A stretch of 64,000 nt of DNA, taken from the IMG/VR virus record IMGVR_UViG_3300032216_000918; one strand, 5' to 3'. This stretch comes from an uncultured virus (IMG/VR IMGVR_UViG_3300032216_000918). Its lineage: Duplodnaviria; Heunggongvirae; Uroviricota; Caudoviricetes. Positions within the stretch are counted from its first letter, which is position 1, and every line of letters begins with the position of its first letter. The translations under genes and the position numbers were made by a program. Below are positions 1 through 8,450 of this stretch, piece by piece. The notes under the pieces are model-generated. The model worked only from the letters and a program-made list of their open reading frames with translations. It had not been told where the DNA came from and made no database searches.

Positions 1-28
1 CTACTTCTTCGTTTGGCATCATTCCTCC

Positions 29-286
29 TTATTTGATTGAGCCGTCTGCTTTCCTTGGATAACTTCTATTGGCGCTAGCACTCTTTACTTTAAGATTGCT
101 TCGCACCGTCTTACCACCTTTACTCAATGGCTTAGTATGGTCAACATCTTTGCCATCACCTTTGCTAACTACACCTTCGCGTTCAAGCATACGTCTTGCT
201 TTGTTGCGTTGGGCGCGTTTCTTCTTAACTGCTTCTGTGCCATCGTAGTTAGCGTACTCGGCTTTGTAGTCTCTTTTGTAAACCAT
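29..286 (-). CDS. Small HNH endonuclease
   Basis: DVDHTKPLSKGG...SNL....SANR HNH-type motif; basic N-terminus. Confidence 0.8.
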   Translation of the reverse strand: MVYKRDYKAEYANYDGTEAVKKKRAQRNKARRMLEREGVVSKGDGKDVDHTKPLSKGGKTVRSNLKVKSASANRSYPRKADGSIK

Positions 287-295
287 ATCTATTCC

Positions 296-961
296 TTAGT
301 GCTTAGGGTGAAATTCGCAGCTTTTAACTTGGCACCAGCCGCATAGTGGTGTGCTTGTTGGGTTCCATACATTGTTAACGTAGCTAGCAGCTAGCTTTGC
401 CACGCGTTCTCTGTAATTCCGCCAATGAAAATCTCTATCTTCTAACAACATTTTATGCTTAACTGCGCTACCTTTCACCACAAATAATAGGGCTGAATTA
501 ACTTGCCGTATGTGGGGGAAGTGAGCAAACACCATCAAAGACATTAGGATTAACTGGTCTCGGTCTGGATACCTATCGTTGCCCGTCTTATAGTCAATGA
601 CCCAAGCCTTCAAGCCATCGTCATCAATAATAATTAAGTCGGCAATACCCCGAGCCCAAACATCCTCCGCATTAAAAGCGCAAGGTGACAAGTCTTCCTT
701 TACACCCATTTCATATTCGGGAAACTTGCGCCCTTCTTTCTTAAGTAGGCTATCCAGTATAGGTTGCATAAAGTCATACTCAGGCGGTAATGGCGTGCCA
801 TCTTTTATGTATAACTCAGCCGCCTCATGCACTTGTTTTCCGTAGATAGTGTGGACGGTATCGGTGAATGGGTAGTTTTTAAGTACCTTGACTTCGTGAA
901 ACCGCCTTGCACAACCTTCGTAATCCTTAAGCCCTGAATGGCTCCACTTAATTTTATCCAT
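296..961 (-). CDS. PD-(D/E)XK exonuclease (RecB/Cas4-like phage nuclease)
   Basis: GIADL..., IDYKTG catalytic motifs; N-terminal Cys and C-terminal CGWC...C cluster. Confidence 0.85.
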   Translation of the reverse strand: MDKIKWSHSGLKDYEGCARRFHEVKVLKNYPFTDTVHTIYGKQVHEAAELYIKDGTPLPPEYDFMQPILDSLLKKEGRKFPEYEMGVKEDLSPCAFNAEDVWARGIADLIIIDDDGLKAWVIDYKTGNDRYPDRDQLILMSLMVFAHFPHIRQVNSALLFVVKGSAVKHKMLLEDRDFHWRNYRERVAKLAASYVNNVWNPTSTPLCGWCQVKSCEFHPKH

Positions 962-1257
962 TAGAATTTTGCTGTCCGTATTGCTTGCTCGAGGCGGTCT
1001 GCAAACCCACTAACAAACTTCTCGTTGTGGTTAAGCTTGCTCTCACCCATGTCGTGCAAGATAGCATGGGTAATCTCATGCCATAAAGTATTATGCTGAC
1101 GAACCGCCGCTTGTTTAGCTATGGATATATGACCACCATCCCAGTTATACGCGCCTCGGCATTCTTGTTTACCAACAAACACAGTATCGTACAACTCTAC
1201 CTTGATCTTGCGTTTGCCAATTGTTACTACCTTTGGTACTGCATATTTCTTTTTCAC
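961..1257 (-). CDS. Small HExxH zinc metallopeptidase-like protein
   Basis: TLWHEITHAIL motif plus downstream Glu (NEKFV). Confidence 0.6.
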   Translation of the reverse strand: MKKKYAVPKVVTIGKRKIKVELYDTVFVGKQECRGAYNWDGGHISIAKQAAVRQHNTLWHEITHAILHDMGESKLNHNEKFVSGFADRLEQAIRTAKF

Positions 1258-3242
1258 TTCGCTTCTCCATATCGTTTGGCACAGCCGGTCTCAGCGTCAA
1301 GAGGGATTCCTGACATGTATTTTGGATCTGCAGCCATCTGCGCGTGTACCCAAACCTCAGCTTCTTTGGCTTCTGATTCGGGAACTAGTACTACAACTTC
1401 GTCATGCACTGTTAGAACGCAGGGGTACTTTTTCTGTATCCGTAGCATTCCGTCAGTCATAACACATCGTGCTACTGCTTGCACAATATTCTCTACAATT
1501 TTACCACCATACAACCGCTTGGGTTTGTTTTTGTCATCGCCACCATACTGCCATTGGATTCTACCCTTAGCATCAGGTATGCCCTCAAGGTGGGGGTAGC
1601 GTAGTGCCAAACCACTAGGTAGTTCTATCCTTTCTTTGGCAAACTTAATGCACTTATATTGATGCTCTTTTCCTTTTGATAGGCAAGAAAGAATTGCGTC
1701 GTTGCATAGTTGCCAAAAAGCAACAACTGGTTGAGAAGTACTTCTATAAATATCAATAATCCTCTTTGCTGCAACGCAATGAATAAGCAACTCATCACCT
1801 GTACAAGTGTGGGGTATCTCCAGCATCTTAGATAAGTTACTTTCCCAACCCATAAAGTCTTGCACATCCTGACCAGTAACGCCAAGCTGTTTAGCAAAAG
1901 CCTTATCGTACATTGTGGGAGGTGCGCCAAGAAAGCCAGTTAATAACTGAGCCGCAAAGCTAGCCCAACCCATGCCGTAACCACAACCTAATAACGCAGA
2001 CTTCGCACTCTGCCTGAGATCGGGATGTGTTTCTTTGGTGAGGTTCGGAATACCAAACATTTGCGCGCCAAACGCCGCGTAAGCATCTTTGCCTGAAGCG
2101 AAAATTTCGAGTAGAGCATCGTAGTCAGCAAGGTATGCGAGTACCCGAGGCTCGATCTGCGATAGGTCGCAGACGACGAGCGTATACCCCTTCGGCGCTT
2201 GGATAGCTTTACGTAAGAAAGATCCCCGCTTGAGGTTTTGTAGATTAAGCCCCGAGCCTTTGGACGCCGACCAACGACCGGTGTGGGCGCCGTAGTAATT
2301 GAGCGGGACAGGTAGTGTACCTCTTTCTGAAATATCCACGAACCTCTGCGCTCTTGTTCGCTCAAGTGTCGACTTAACTTTAAGGCGCGCTTCGCATATA
2401 AGCGATACGTCCTCGTTGTTTGAATTAAGCAACGCTTGGAAGAGGGCATCCGTCTTAGCGAAAGCGTAAGCTTCCTTACCAGTAGTTTTGCTAATTTTTC
2501 TTGGCGGGGATACCCCCAATGCTGTAAGCACTTCAGCAAACTGATCGTTACTAGCCAGCGCCGTTTCATCAACGTTAACTTTTTCAAGGATCGCTTCGCG
2601 CTTGGTACGCTCGTCAAGTATAGCTTCATCTAACATCTCCTTATCTAATTCAAGGACAGGGTTCACAAACATTTTTAGTGTGAGGTCGATGAGCCGCAAC
2701 TCGCCCTTAGGAAACCCGCCCTCTAGTTCGTCATTTAAATGGTCGAATATAGCTTCGCATAAGTACACATCGTGCAAGCAATACTGCGCTAGTTCTTCCT
2801 CTATGTTCATTGGTAACTCTTCCAAGCCGTCGGTAGAGTAGACTGCTTGTCCTTTTGGTGGGAGCTCGTAGTATTCTGCGAGTTTTGCAAGGCTGTTACC
2901 GACCTCGACCCCTCTAAGAGCACGAGCCATAGACAAAGAATCAAAAATAAAACAAGGGCTTGCGCCATACACCCACGAAAGAATAGCCACATCAAACTGG
3001 GCATTATGGGCAAGTACCGCCGTCCTACTCCAATCAATATCATCCACCCATGAAGGCAAATTGTCGTGAGTGACCCAATGCATCTGATCAACGCCATATT
3101 CTTTCCAACCAATACCAAACGCTTTAAATCTATCATCGCGTATGTACTCCTCCGTAGTCATCTTGGATAAGGTGTAATCTGCTCTGTCCCATCTTGTTTC
3201 AAAATCAATAACTAAAATCCTATCAAATGGTTTATTAGCCAT
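1254..3242 (-). CDS. polA: Family A DNA polymerase with 3'-5' exonuclease domain
   Basis: ExoI IDFET, ExoII HNAQFD, ExoIII YCLHD; TGRWS; motif A DLSQIEPR; motif B RQSAKSALLGCGYG; motif C VHDE. Confidence 0.95.
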   Translation of the reverse strand: MANKPFDRILVIDFETRWDRADYTLSKMTTEEYIRDDRFKAFGIGWKEYGVDQMHWVTHDNLPSWVDDIDWSRTAVLAHNAQFDVAILSWVYGASPCFIFDSLSMARALRGVEVGNSLAKLAEYYELPPKGQAVYSTDGLEELPMNIEEELAQYCLHDVYLCEAIFDHLNDELEGGFPKGELRLIDLTLKMFVNPVLELDKEMLDEAILDERTKREAILEKVNVDETALASNDQFAEVLTALGVSPPRKISKTTGKEAYAFAKTDALFQALLNSNNEDVSLICEARLKVKSTLERTRAQRFVDISERGTLPVPLNYYGAHTGRWSASKGSGLNLQNLKRGSFLRKAIQAPKGYTLVVCDLSQIEPRVLAYLADYDALLEIFASGKDAYAAFGAQMFGIPNLTKETHPDLRQSAKSALLGCGYGMGWASFAAQLLTGFLGAPPTMYDKAFAKQLGVTGQDVQDFMGWESNLSKMLEIPHTCTGDELLIHCVAAKRIIDIYRSTSQPVVAFWQLCNDAILSCLSKGKEHQYKCIKFAKERIELPSGLALRYPHLEGIPDAKGRIQWQYGGDDKNKPKRLYGGKIVENIVQAVARCVMTDGMLRIQKKYPCVLTVHDEVVVLVPESEAKEAEVWVHAQMAADPKYMSGIPLDAETGCAKRYGEAK

Positions 3243-3250
3243 TGGGTTCC

Positions 3251-3454
3251 CTATGTAAGTAATATAGCGCCAAAAATAACTGCTACTAATGAAGCGGCAT
3301 ATACAGCTACAGCCGCTCGTTGTTTCTTGATGCTTGATATATCCCCTATGAGTGCGGTCTGCAAATACTCCATGTCACAATCAATTGCAGGTCGCAAGTC
3401 AGGGTGGTAGTTACTGCCGATTTTTACTTTGCCAGTATCGTATGGAGTTCTCAT
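3251..3454 (-). CDS. Hypothetical protein with C-terminal transmembrane helix
   Basis: Hydrophobic C-terminus AAVAVYAASLVAVIFGAILL; ATGA overlap with upstream ORF. Confidence 0.6.
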   Translation of the reverse strand: MRTPYDTGKVKIGSNYHPDLRPAIDCDMEYLQTALIGDISSIKKQRAAVAVYAASLVAVIFGAILLT

Positions 3455-3624
3455 ATACGCCCCCCAGTTACCAAGCTTGCGGTGCTTCTATATATTTCTA
3501 AATCACGTTCGCGTGGGTGGACTGGTGGTTTGTACTCTATAAGAGGGGGTGGTTTTTTTGGCTGTGCCCATTTGATTGGGTCTGATTTATCTTCTTCGAT
3601 TATTTGTTTTGGTTTACTGCTCAT
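3451..3624 (-). CDS. Hypothetical 57-aa protein (not in ORF track)
   Basis: MSSKPKQIIEEDKSDP...GGRI*; SD AAGGAG 5 nt upstream; fills the gap in the operon. Confidence 0.6.
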   Translation of the reverse strand: MSSKPKQIIEEDKSDPIKWAQPKKPPPLIEYKPPVHPRERDLEIYRSTASLVTGGRI

Positions 3625-3633
3625 GTATTCTCC

Positions 3634-3861
3634 TTAGTTTAAAGTTCGGTTAGCCATGCGCTCTTGCACATAATGCCCCGTTGTTTTTGCCGCATCTTCT
3701 AACAGCTCAGGAACTTCCCACTCCTCAATGTTAAGTCCATAGATGCGTACTACTTGTGTTTCATAATCATACCCAACGACAATAGCACAACAGTTGGCTT
3801 CTTCTTCTATGCAATCGTTGAGTATTTCGTGTACTGCACTGAGGGTTTCATTCTGTTCCAT
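3634..3861 (-). CDS. Hypothetical protein
   Basis: ORF tiled in the minus-strand operon. Confidence 0.55.
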   Translation of the reverse strand: MEQNETLSAVHEILNDCIEEEANCCAIVVGYDYETQVVRIYGLNIEEWEVPELLEDAAKTTGHYVQERMANRTLN

Positions 3862-4153
3862 ACCAGTCCTTTATAAAGTCAAGAGCGTTTGCTACATCCT
3901 CGATGTTGTCCTCGTTTACTACAAAGGCTATCCCTTCGACGGCTTTTATTTTCTCCATCTCTGCTTCTTGTAACGCAGTCGGTTTATTACTGCCCGCTTT
4001 ACACTCGATAGCAATAAACTGACCAAAGTAACAAGCCACAACATCAGGTATACCACTACGCCCAAAACCTCCAGTAACAGGGTAGAAGTAATACGCCCCA
4101 TAATTTTTAAGAACATTGACTACTTTCTTTTTTACCTTGGCTTCGGGTGTCAT
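3848..4153 (-). CDS. VRR-NUC domain nuclease / Holliday junction resolvase-like
   Basis: PEAKVK...GIPDVVAC...IECKAG..KPTALQ signature. Confidence 0.85.
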   Translation of the reverse strand: MTPEAKVKKKVVNVLKNYGAYYFYPVTGGFGRSGIPDVVACYFGQFIAIECKAGSNKPTALQEAEMEKIKAVEGIAFVVNEDNIEDVANALDFIKDWYGTE

Positions 4154-4347
4154 TGTAGTTCCGCATTGCGTTTCCTTACTTCATCAATCCGTTGTAAACA
4201 AGAAATAATTTTAAATCGCTGGTCATCGAGCATTCTAAAATCACCCATTGCTTCGGCTTTAAGAGCAAGAATAACCTCAGCTTCGAGGTTACCTAGAGCC
4301 GCGTTCTCACGCATTATTTTTAACGCTTCTAAGTCACTTAACTGCAT
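4150..4347 (-). CDS. Hypothetical protein
   Basis: Overlapping operon tiling. Confidence 0.55.
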   Translation of the reverse strand: MQLSDLEALKIMRENAALGNLEAEVILALKAEAMGDFRMLDDQRFKIISCLQRIDEVRKRNAELQ

Positions 4348-4627
4348 GTTTTAATTTCTCCACAAGTTTTTCTCCCTTTACAGTAAGGGTGTAGTGTACT
4401 AGGCGTAAGTCTTTTTTGTCGTCGGTTTTTTGAACTAACCCTTTTGCAACCAGCATCTTGAGATACTTATTAGTAGATGCCGAAGTAAGGGCTTTCTGTT
4501 TATTTACCAACGAAGCAACGCGACTGTAAGTAGTAGGGGCGGTGCTTTCAAGCAGACCCAGCACATAATCCTCACCCCAACTTAGCCCAGCTTCATCACG
4601 GATATACTGCGCATCAAATATACTCAT
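4334..4627 (-). CDS. MarR-like winged-helix DNA-binding protein
   Basis: LVAKGLVQKTDDKKDLRLVHYTLTVKG matches the MarR wing (D.R....LT..G). Confidence 0.7.
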   Translation of the reverse strand: MSIFDAQYIRDEAGLSWGEDYVLGLLESTAPTTYSRVASLVNKQKALTSASTNKYLKMLVAKGLVQKTDDKKDLRLVHYTLTVKGEKLVEKLKHAVK

Positions 4628-5187
4628 TACTTGCCTTGTTTACCAAACACAATATCGAGCAACTGATATACATGGCGGGCATCGTAGATGTTCAAGCTAC
4701 TAACAAACTCTTCTGCATTGAACTTAGCCTTACCAGTATGAGGACGCGGCGCGTCTTGTGGGGCTGGGGTGTTCGTTTCTGCTACACCTTTTGTTTGCTT
4801 CTTTGTCACGATGCTGACTGTCTTTTTCTTCTTACTGTAAAGACCCTTGATCTGCGTCTCGTAAGTAGTAGCCACCGCCCAGTACACAAATATAACTCGT
4901 CGACCATACCCCTTGAACTCAGGGTTATCAATTGCTACACGCCCAATTAACTTGCGGTCGTACAGGGTCTTAAGTGTTGACGCAATAGATGCGTCGTCTT
5001 TGTTGGTAATATTAAATGCTCTGCGGATGTGTGGCATAGAGCACTTAGGGTTGGTCTTAATAAAGTCATAGATTTGTTCGCTAAACGATTTGTCTGACTC
5101 TCGTGGTGTTTTGGCTACCTTCGGGGCTTCCTCAGGTAAAGTCCAAGTACTAATGATTTTCTTAACTTCAGTTTGCATATCTGGCAT
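4627..5187 (-). CDS. Putative winged-helix DNA-binding protein
   Basis: IYDFIKTNPKCS..I...F....IASTLKTLYDRKLIGR pattern; SD AAGGAG. Confidence 0.5.
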   Translation of the reverse strand: MPDMQTEVKKIISTWTLPEEAPKVAKTPRESDKSFSEQIYDFIKTNPKCSMPHIRRAFNITNKDDASIASTLKTLYDRKLIGRVAIDNPEFKGYGRRVIFVYWAVATTYETQIKGLYSKKKKTVSIVTKKQTKGVAETNTPAPQDAPRPHTGKAKFNAEEFVSSLNIYDARHVYQLLDIVFGKQGK

Positions 5188-5263
5188 ATAAACTCCTTGT
5201 TTGTTGTTTGCCTATTAAATTTTACTACAGTTTTTTACAACAGTTTTTTATGTTGTTTTTATA

Positions 5264-5482
5264 CTACTTCTTCTCGAGTAGATTGAAAAGCTTTTCCATG
5301 GTGTCATCCATGTCAAGAGCCAAGTCGATTAACGCTAACAGCTTTTTGTTAAATTTAAACGATAGGTTATCTGCTTCCCTGCTTTTAATTCCTGATACCG
5401 CTTCGTCTATTGTTGCGTCCATAACTTCATGGTGCAAGGTTCTTATATCAGACCCTAACTCATTTATGCGTTGTTTGTTCAT
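5264..5482 (-). CDS. Hypothetical protein
   Basis: Operon tiling (ATGA overlap). Confidence 0.55.
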   Translation of the reverse strand: MNKQRINELGSDIRTLHHEVMDATIDEAVSGIKSREADNLSFKFNKKLLALIDLALDMDDTMEKLFNLLEKK

Positions 5483-5706
5483 TTCTCTTGTGCCTTTCTT
5501 AAAATTGCTCTAGCAAATTCTCGTCTACCAGCATAGGTATCAATAAGATTTGAAACTTCATCACCTATTGAATCTATTTCCTCATCTGTTAGTGTCTTTG
5601 CTGGATGGGTGTAAAGTGGCTGACCATCAATACTCATAGGGTCTGCCTTCCAATTGATGTAGTCATTACACATACTGTTTACATACGCTACTGGTTCATT
5701 GTTCAT
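5479..5706 (-). CDS. Conserved phage hypothetical protein (EPVA...PLYT...LTDEEI...FARAI type)
   Basis: Motif pattern common in proteobacterial phages. Confidence 0.65.
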   Translation of the reverse strand: MNNEPVAYVNSMCNDYINWKADPMSIDGQPLYTHPAKTLTDEEIDSIGDEVSNLIDTYAGRREFARAILRKAQEK

Positions 5707-5930
5707 TTTGCTTGTGCCTTTAACTGTTTATTAAATTCCTCAACTTCTTTCCACCATTCAGCTGAATACTTTGACGGCTTTGACGACATTGCAGCAGCGT
5801 CATATACCTTTGTTGTTATATCCAGTATGTGTTTTACATCTTTCAAACTAAGTTGACCCATCAATTGCAAAACTTTCATCACCGCAACATCGTTGTCTAA
5901 CGACTGGGGTTTTACGATAGCTTCAATCAT
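5703..5930 (-). CDS. Hypothetical protein (likely start MIEAIVK at 5930)
   Basis: SD GAGGAG upstream of 5930; overlaps neighbours. Confidence 0.55.
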   Translation of the reverse strand: MIEAIVKPQSLDNDVAVMKVLQLMGQLSLKDVKHILDITTKVYDAAAMSSKPSKYSAEWWKEVEEFNKQLKAQAK

Positions 5931-6139
5931 CCTACATACTCCTCTGCCATGTTTTCTGCGTAAGTTAACCAAGGTTTCCATGCTCTGCGTATCTCACCAA
6001 AAGCATAGTGGTGCGGGTTGCCTTGTAGTACTAGGACACGCTTGGCTTCTATGCTTTCTTGTTGTGGGATTGTTGTGAACAAAGAATTGCGGTTAGCTTC
6101 TTCAAGTAGTTTGTTTCTTGTGCGGTGCTTATTTTCCAC
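5927..6139 (-). CDS. Hypothetical protein
   Basis: Operon tiling. Confidence 0.55.
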   Translation of the reverse strand: MENKHRTRNKLLEEANRNSLFTTIPQQESIEAKRVLVLQGNPHHYAFGEIRRAWKPWLTYAENMAEEYVG

Positions 6140-6332
6140 AGTCGTCCTCTAGTTGTTTGGTTTTTGTCTGAAGAGCGATGATGACCGTTGATAAGGTCTG
6201 TAGTTCCCGACAGATTGTGTTGATACTTTGCCTGACTTGTTGAGCATGGGGGCTAGTGTCCATAAAACTATACTGCGCACCTGTCGCCCCTTGAATTACA
6301 GCTTCCCTATCTTCTGTTGTAAATGTTGTCAT
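6129..6332 (-). CDS. Hypothetical protein (MTTFTTEDR N-terminus)
   Basis: Strong SD AAGGAGGA; ATGA coupling. Confidence 0.6.
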   Translation of the reverse strand: MTTFTTEDREAVIQGATGAQYSFMDTSPHAQQVRQSINTICRELQTLSTVIIALQTKTKQLEDDCGK

Positions 6333-6655
6333 ACTTCCTCCTTGTATTGTTTAATTAAACCTTGCACTTTCTCTAACTCGTGCATCTTGCCTGCAATAAA
6401 CCCAGCTTCCCATAGTGGATCTACCATACCGCTAGCTATGTACGCTTCATACTGTTTGGGTATGGGTATCCAGTTAGCGTAAGCGTCGTCGTATAAAGGT
6501 TGGTCATCATTACGCAAAGCCTCATAATCCATAGCGTAACTTTGTAACTCCAAACCCAAATCCGAATCGGCAGTTAATAGATTCTCATCAAACTCCTCTA
6601 TCTTGCCGTCATTCCATATAAATCTTAATTGCACCTTCGTTATTGTTTTGCTCAT
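6329..6655 (-). CDS. Hypothetical protein
   Basis: SD AAGGAGG; ATGA coupling. Confidence 0.6.
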   Translation of the reverse strand: MSKTITKVQLRFIWNDGKIEEFDENLLTADSDLGLELQSYAMDYEALRNDDQPLYDDAYANWIPIPKQYEAYIASGMVDPLWEAGFIAGKMHELEKVQGLIKQYKEEV

Positions 6656-6819
6656 ACAACCTCCTTTTCGTCAAAAGAACCAACGAACTCCATCATGCAA
6701 TCGCCTTCCATAAATCTAGTCCAAAACTCAGCGTCTATCTGTGGTTTGGGTTCGTCAACTTCCGTTCCCATAATTACATAATCGTTTTCATCTATTAAGC
6801 TAAACCTATACACTTTCAT
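6652..6819 (-). CDS. Hypothetical acidic 55-aa protein (not in ORF track)
   Basis: MKVYRFSLIDENDYVIMG...FDEKEVV*; SD AAGGAGG. Confidence 0.65.
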   Translation of the reverse strand: MKVYRFSLIDENDYVIMGTEVDEPKPQIDAEFWTRFMEGDCMMEFVGSFDEKEVV

Positions 6820-6977
6820 ACAACCTCCTTAATTCGATCAGCTTCCTCACATATAAAATCAAACTGCATATCCAAAACATTAAAGTGTTTACCCGCTTCA
6901 GCTTCGGCATCATCGCAGTTATCTGCCTCCACTTCTACATATGCACACCCAGTTACTAATACATTCCATCTGCTCAT
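6816..6977 (-). CDS. Hypothetical acidic 53-aa protein (not in ORF track)
   Basis: MSRWNVLVTGCAYVEVEADNCDDAE...RIKEVV*; SD AAGGAGG. Confidence 0.65.
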   Translation of the reverse strand: MSRWNVLVTGCAYVEVEADNCDDAEAEAGKHFNVLDMQFDFICEEADRIKEVV

Positions 6978-7747
6978 ACAACCTCCTTTATTGCTTGAAC
7001 ATATTTGTTAACAGTCGAACCTTCTAGACCGCACGCTGTATTTACTTCTAACACATAGCACTTATCTTGTGCCTCATTCCATATAACATCTACTGCACCG
7101 AAGTCTAGCCCTAACGCATTAACGGCAGACACAGCCACGCCCCTAAGATCATGAGGTTCTTCGATGTCACCTCTACAAAAGACATACCCATTTGCATGGT
7201 TTCTAATATAAGGGTGATGGTCATCAACAGCAGAACTCCTACGCTTTTCTTGTATGTCAAGAATTTTACTATTAAATACATGAACTCTGAACTCCTTTTG
7301 TTTGCGTATGTATTTTGTATACAACGGGGCATCTACCAACTGATCGTGTTGCTTGGCTACAACAATACCCTGACCCGAGTGAGCGGTAAGTAGGGTGCGA
7401 CACATAACCTTATGCCCTTGGTCTATCCACATCTGTGCGTCTTCTTTGAATGTTGAATAGGGTGGGTGTGGAACTTCGCACGCAACAAAGGCTTGGATAC
7501 TACTAAGCTTGTTAGCGGCTAAGTGAACTGCAACAGGGTGATTGAGAATACGACAGCCCCCCTCAAAGTCCACGCTACTACTACCCCAGTTAATAACAAT
7601 ACGACTGGGTTTACACAACCCGACCCGCTCAGGGTTAATGAACAACACATTACGACCCAGCTCTTGCGTCAACGCATCACGCAATAGCCTTGCACTTCTA
7701 CTGCCTCGCTTGTAGGGTGCGATTGCCACCCTTGATGTGTTTGTCAT
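6974..7747 (-). CDS. RimK-like ATP-grasp ligase
   Basis: NKL, SGQGI, EFRVHV, DFGAVDV and LEVNTACG ATP-grasp motifs. Confidence 0.85.
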   Translation of the reverse strand: MTNTSRVAIAPYKRGSRSARLLRDALTQELGRNVLFINPERVGLCKPSRIVINWGSSSVDFEGGCRILNHPVAVHLAANKLSSIQAFVACEVPHPPYSTFKEDAQMWIDQGHKVMCRTLLTAHSGQGIVVAKQHDQLVDAPLYTKYIRKQKEFRVHVFNSKILDIQEKRRSSAVDDHHPYIRNHANGYVFCRGDIEEPHDLRGVAVSAVNALGLDFGAVDVIWNEAQDKCYVLEVNTACGLEGSTVNKYVQAIKEVV

Positions 7748-7748
7748 A

Positions 7749-7976
7749 CTAAGTATGCTCCCTCAATGTAATTTCATGATCACCCATATCGACAGTCAAG
7801 CGACCATCAGGGTGGGTTTTTAATTCGGCTTTGCCAGTAGCAATAGCCTCAAGCATTACGCATAGTATTACCCCTCCTCTCATAGCCTTGCGTAAGTTAG
7901 TATGAAAATAGCCCGCCGCAACTGTCGCTATGCAAGCCCATGCCAACAAAAATACTTCGCTATATTCCATGGTCAA
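7749..7976 (-). CDS. Hypothetical membrane protein
   Basis: N-terminal hydrophobic helix. Confidence 0.55.
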   Translation of the reverse strand: MTMEYSEVFLLAWACIATVAAGYFHTNLRKAMRGGVILCVMLEAIATGKAELKTHPDGRLTVDMGDHEITLREHT

Positions 7977-8277
7977 CCCTTTCTAGTTCTTTGATTTGCT
8001 TGAGCAAATCCCGTATCTGCTCGTCGTTTTGATAGGTGTATACATCTGTGCCTAGTGTTGTTGAGTAATCCAAATAGTAGTGGTCATCTTCATCTACAAA
8101 CCTAATGACCGCCAACTCATACGGCTTGCTTAAATCACCAAACACAGATACAGTATCGCCACCCCATACAACACTAGCCCCGTAGTTATTTGGGAATCTA
8201 TATATGCGTTGTGTAGCGTTGTCTATGAACTGGTGAGGTCGCTCTACTGCTATGTGCTCCTTACTATGATCTTTCAT
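7960..8277 (-). CDS. Conserved phage hypothetical protein (F.NNYGASVV...YELAV type)
   Basis: Recognisable phage motif. Confidence 0.65.
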   Translation of the reverse strand: MKDHSKEHIAVERPHQFIDNATQRIYRFPNNYGASVVWGGDTVSVFGDLSKPYELAVIRFVDEDDHYYLDYSTTLGTDVYTYQNDEQIRDLLKQIKELERVDHGI

Positions 8278-8279
8278 AT

Positions 8280-8441
8280 TTATTCCTCCTCTATTTCTTT
8301 AGCCCATGCATCGAGTTCTGGTTCAGACATACTTTCTAGCACCGACTCAGCCAGCACATATGCTGGTGCATCTAACAATCTGTCCCACATACTGTCGTAT
8401 GTGTCAGGCTTATACTTCTTTTTTATATCTTTTATATCCAT
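8280..8441 (-). CDS. Hypothetical 53-aa acidic protein ending EIEEE (not in ORF track)
   Basis: MDIKDIKKKYKPDTYDSMWD...AKEIEEE*; SD AAGGAGG. Confidence 0.6.
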   Translation of the reverse strand: MDIKDIKKKYKPDTYDSMWDRLLDAPAYVLAESVLESMSEPELDAWAKEIEEE

Positions 8442-8450
8442 ACTGCCTCC

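Noticed and set aside
296..961. Cas4 as evidence of a CRISPR-Cas system
   Set aside because: Stand-alone PD-(D/E)XK exonuclease in a replication operon, common in phages
1254..3242. Intein or intron in polA, terL or helicase
   Set aside because: Normal lengths, continuous motifs and no splice-junction signatures
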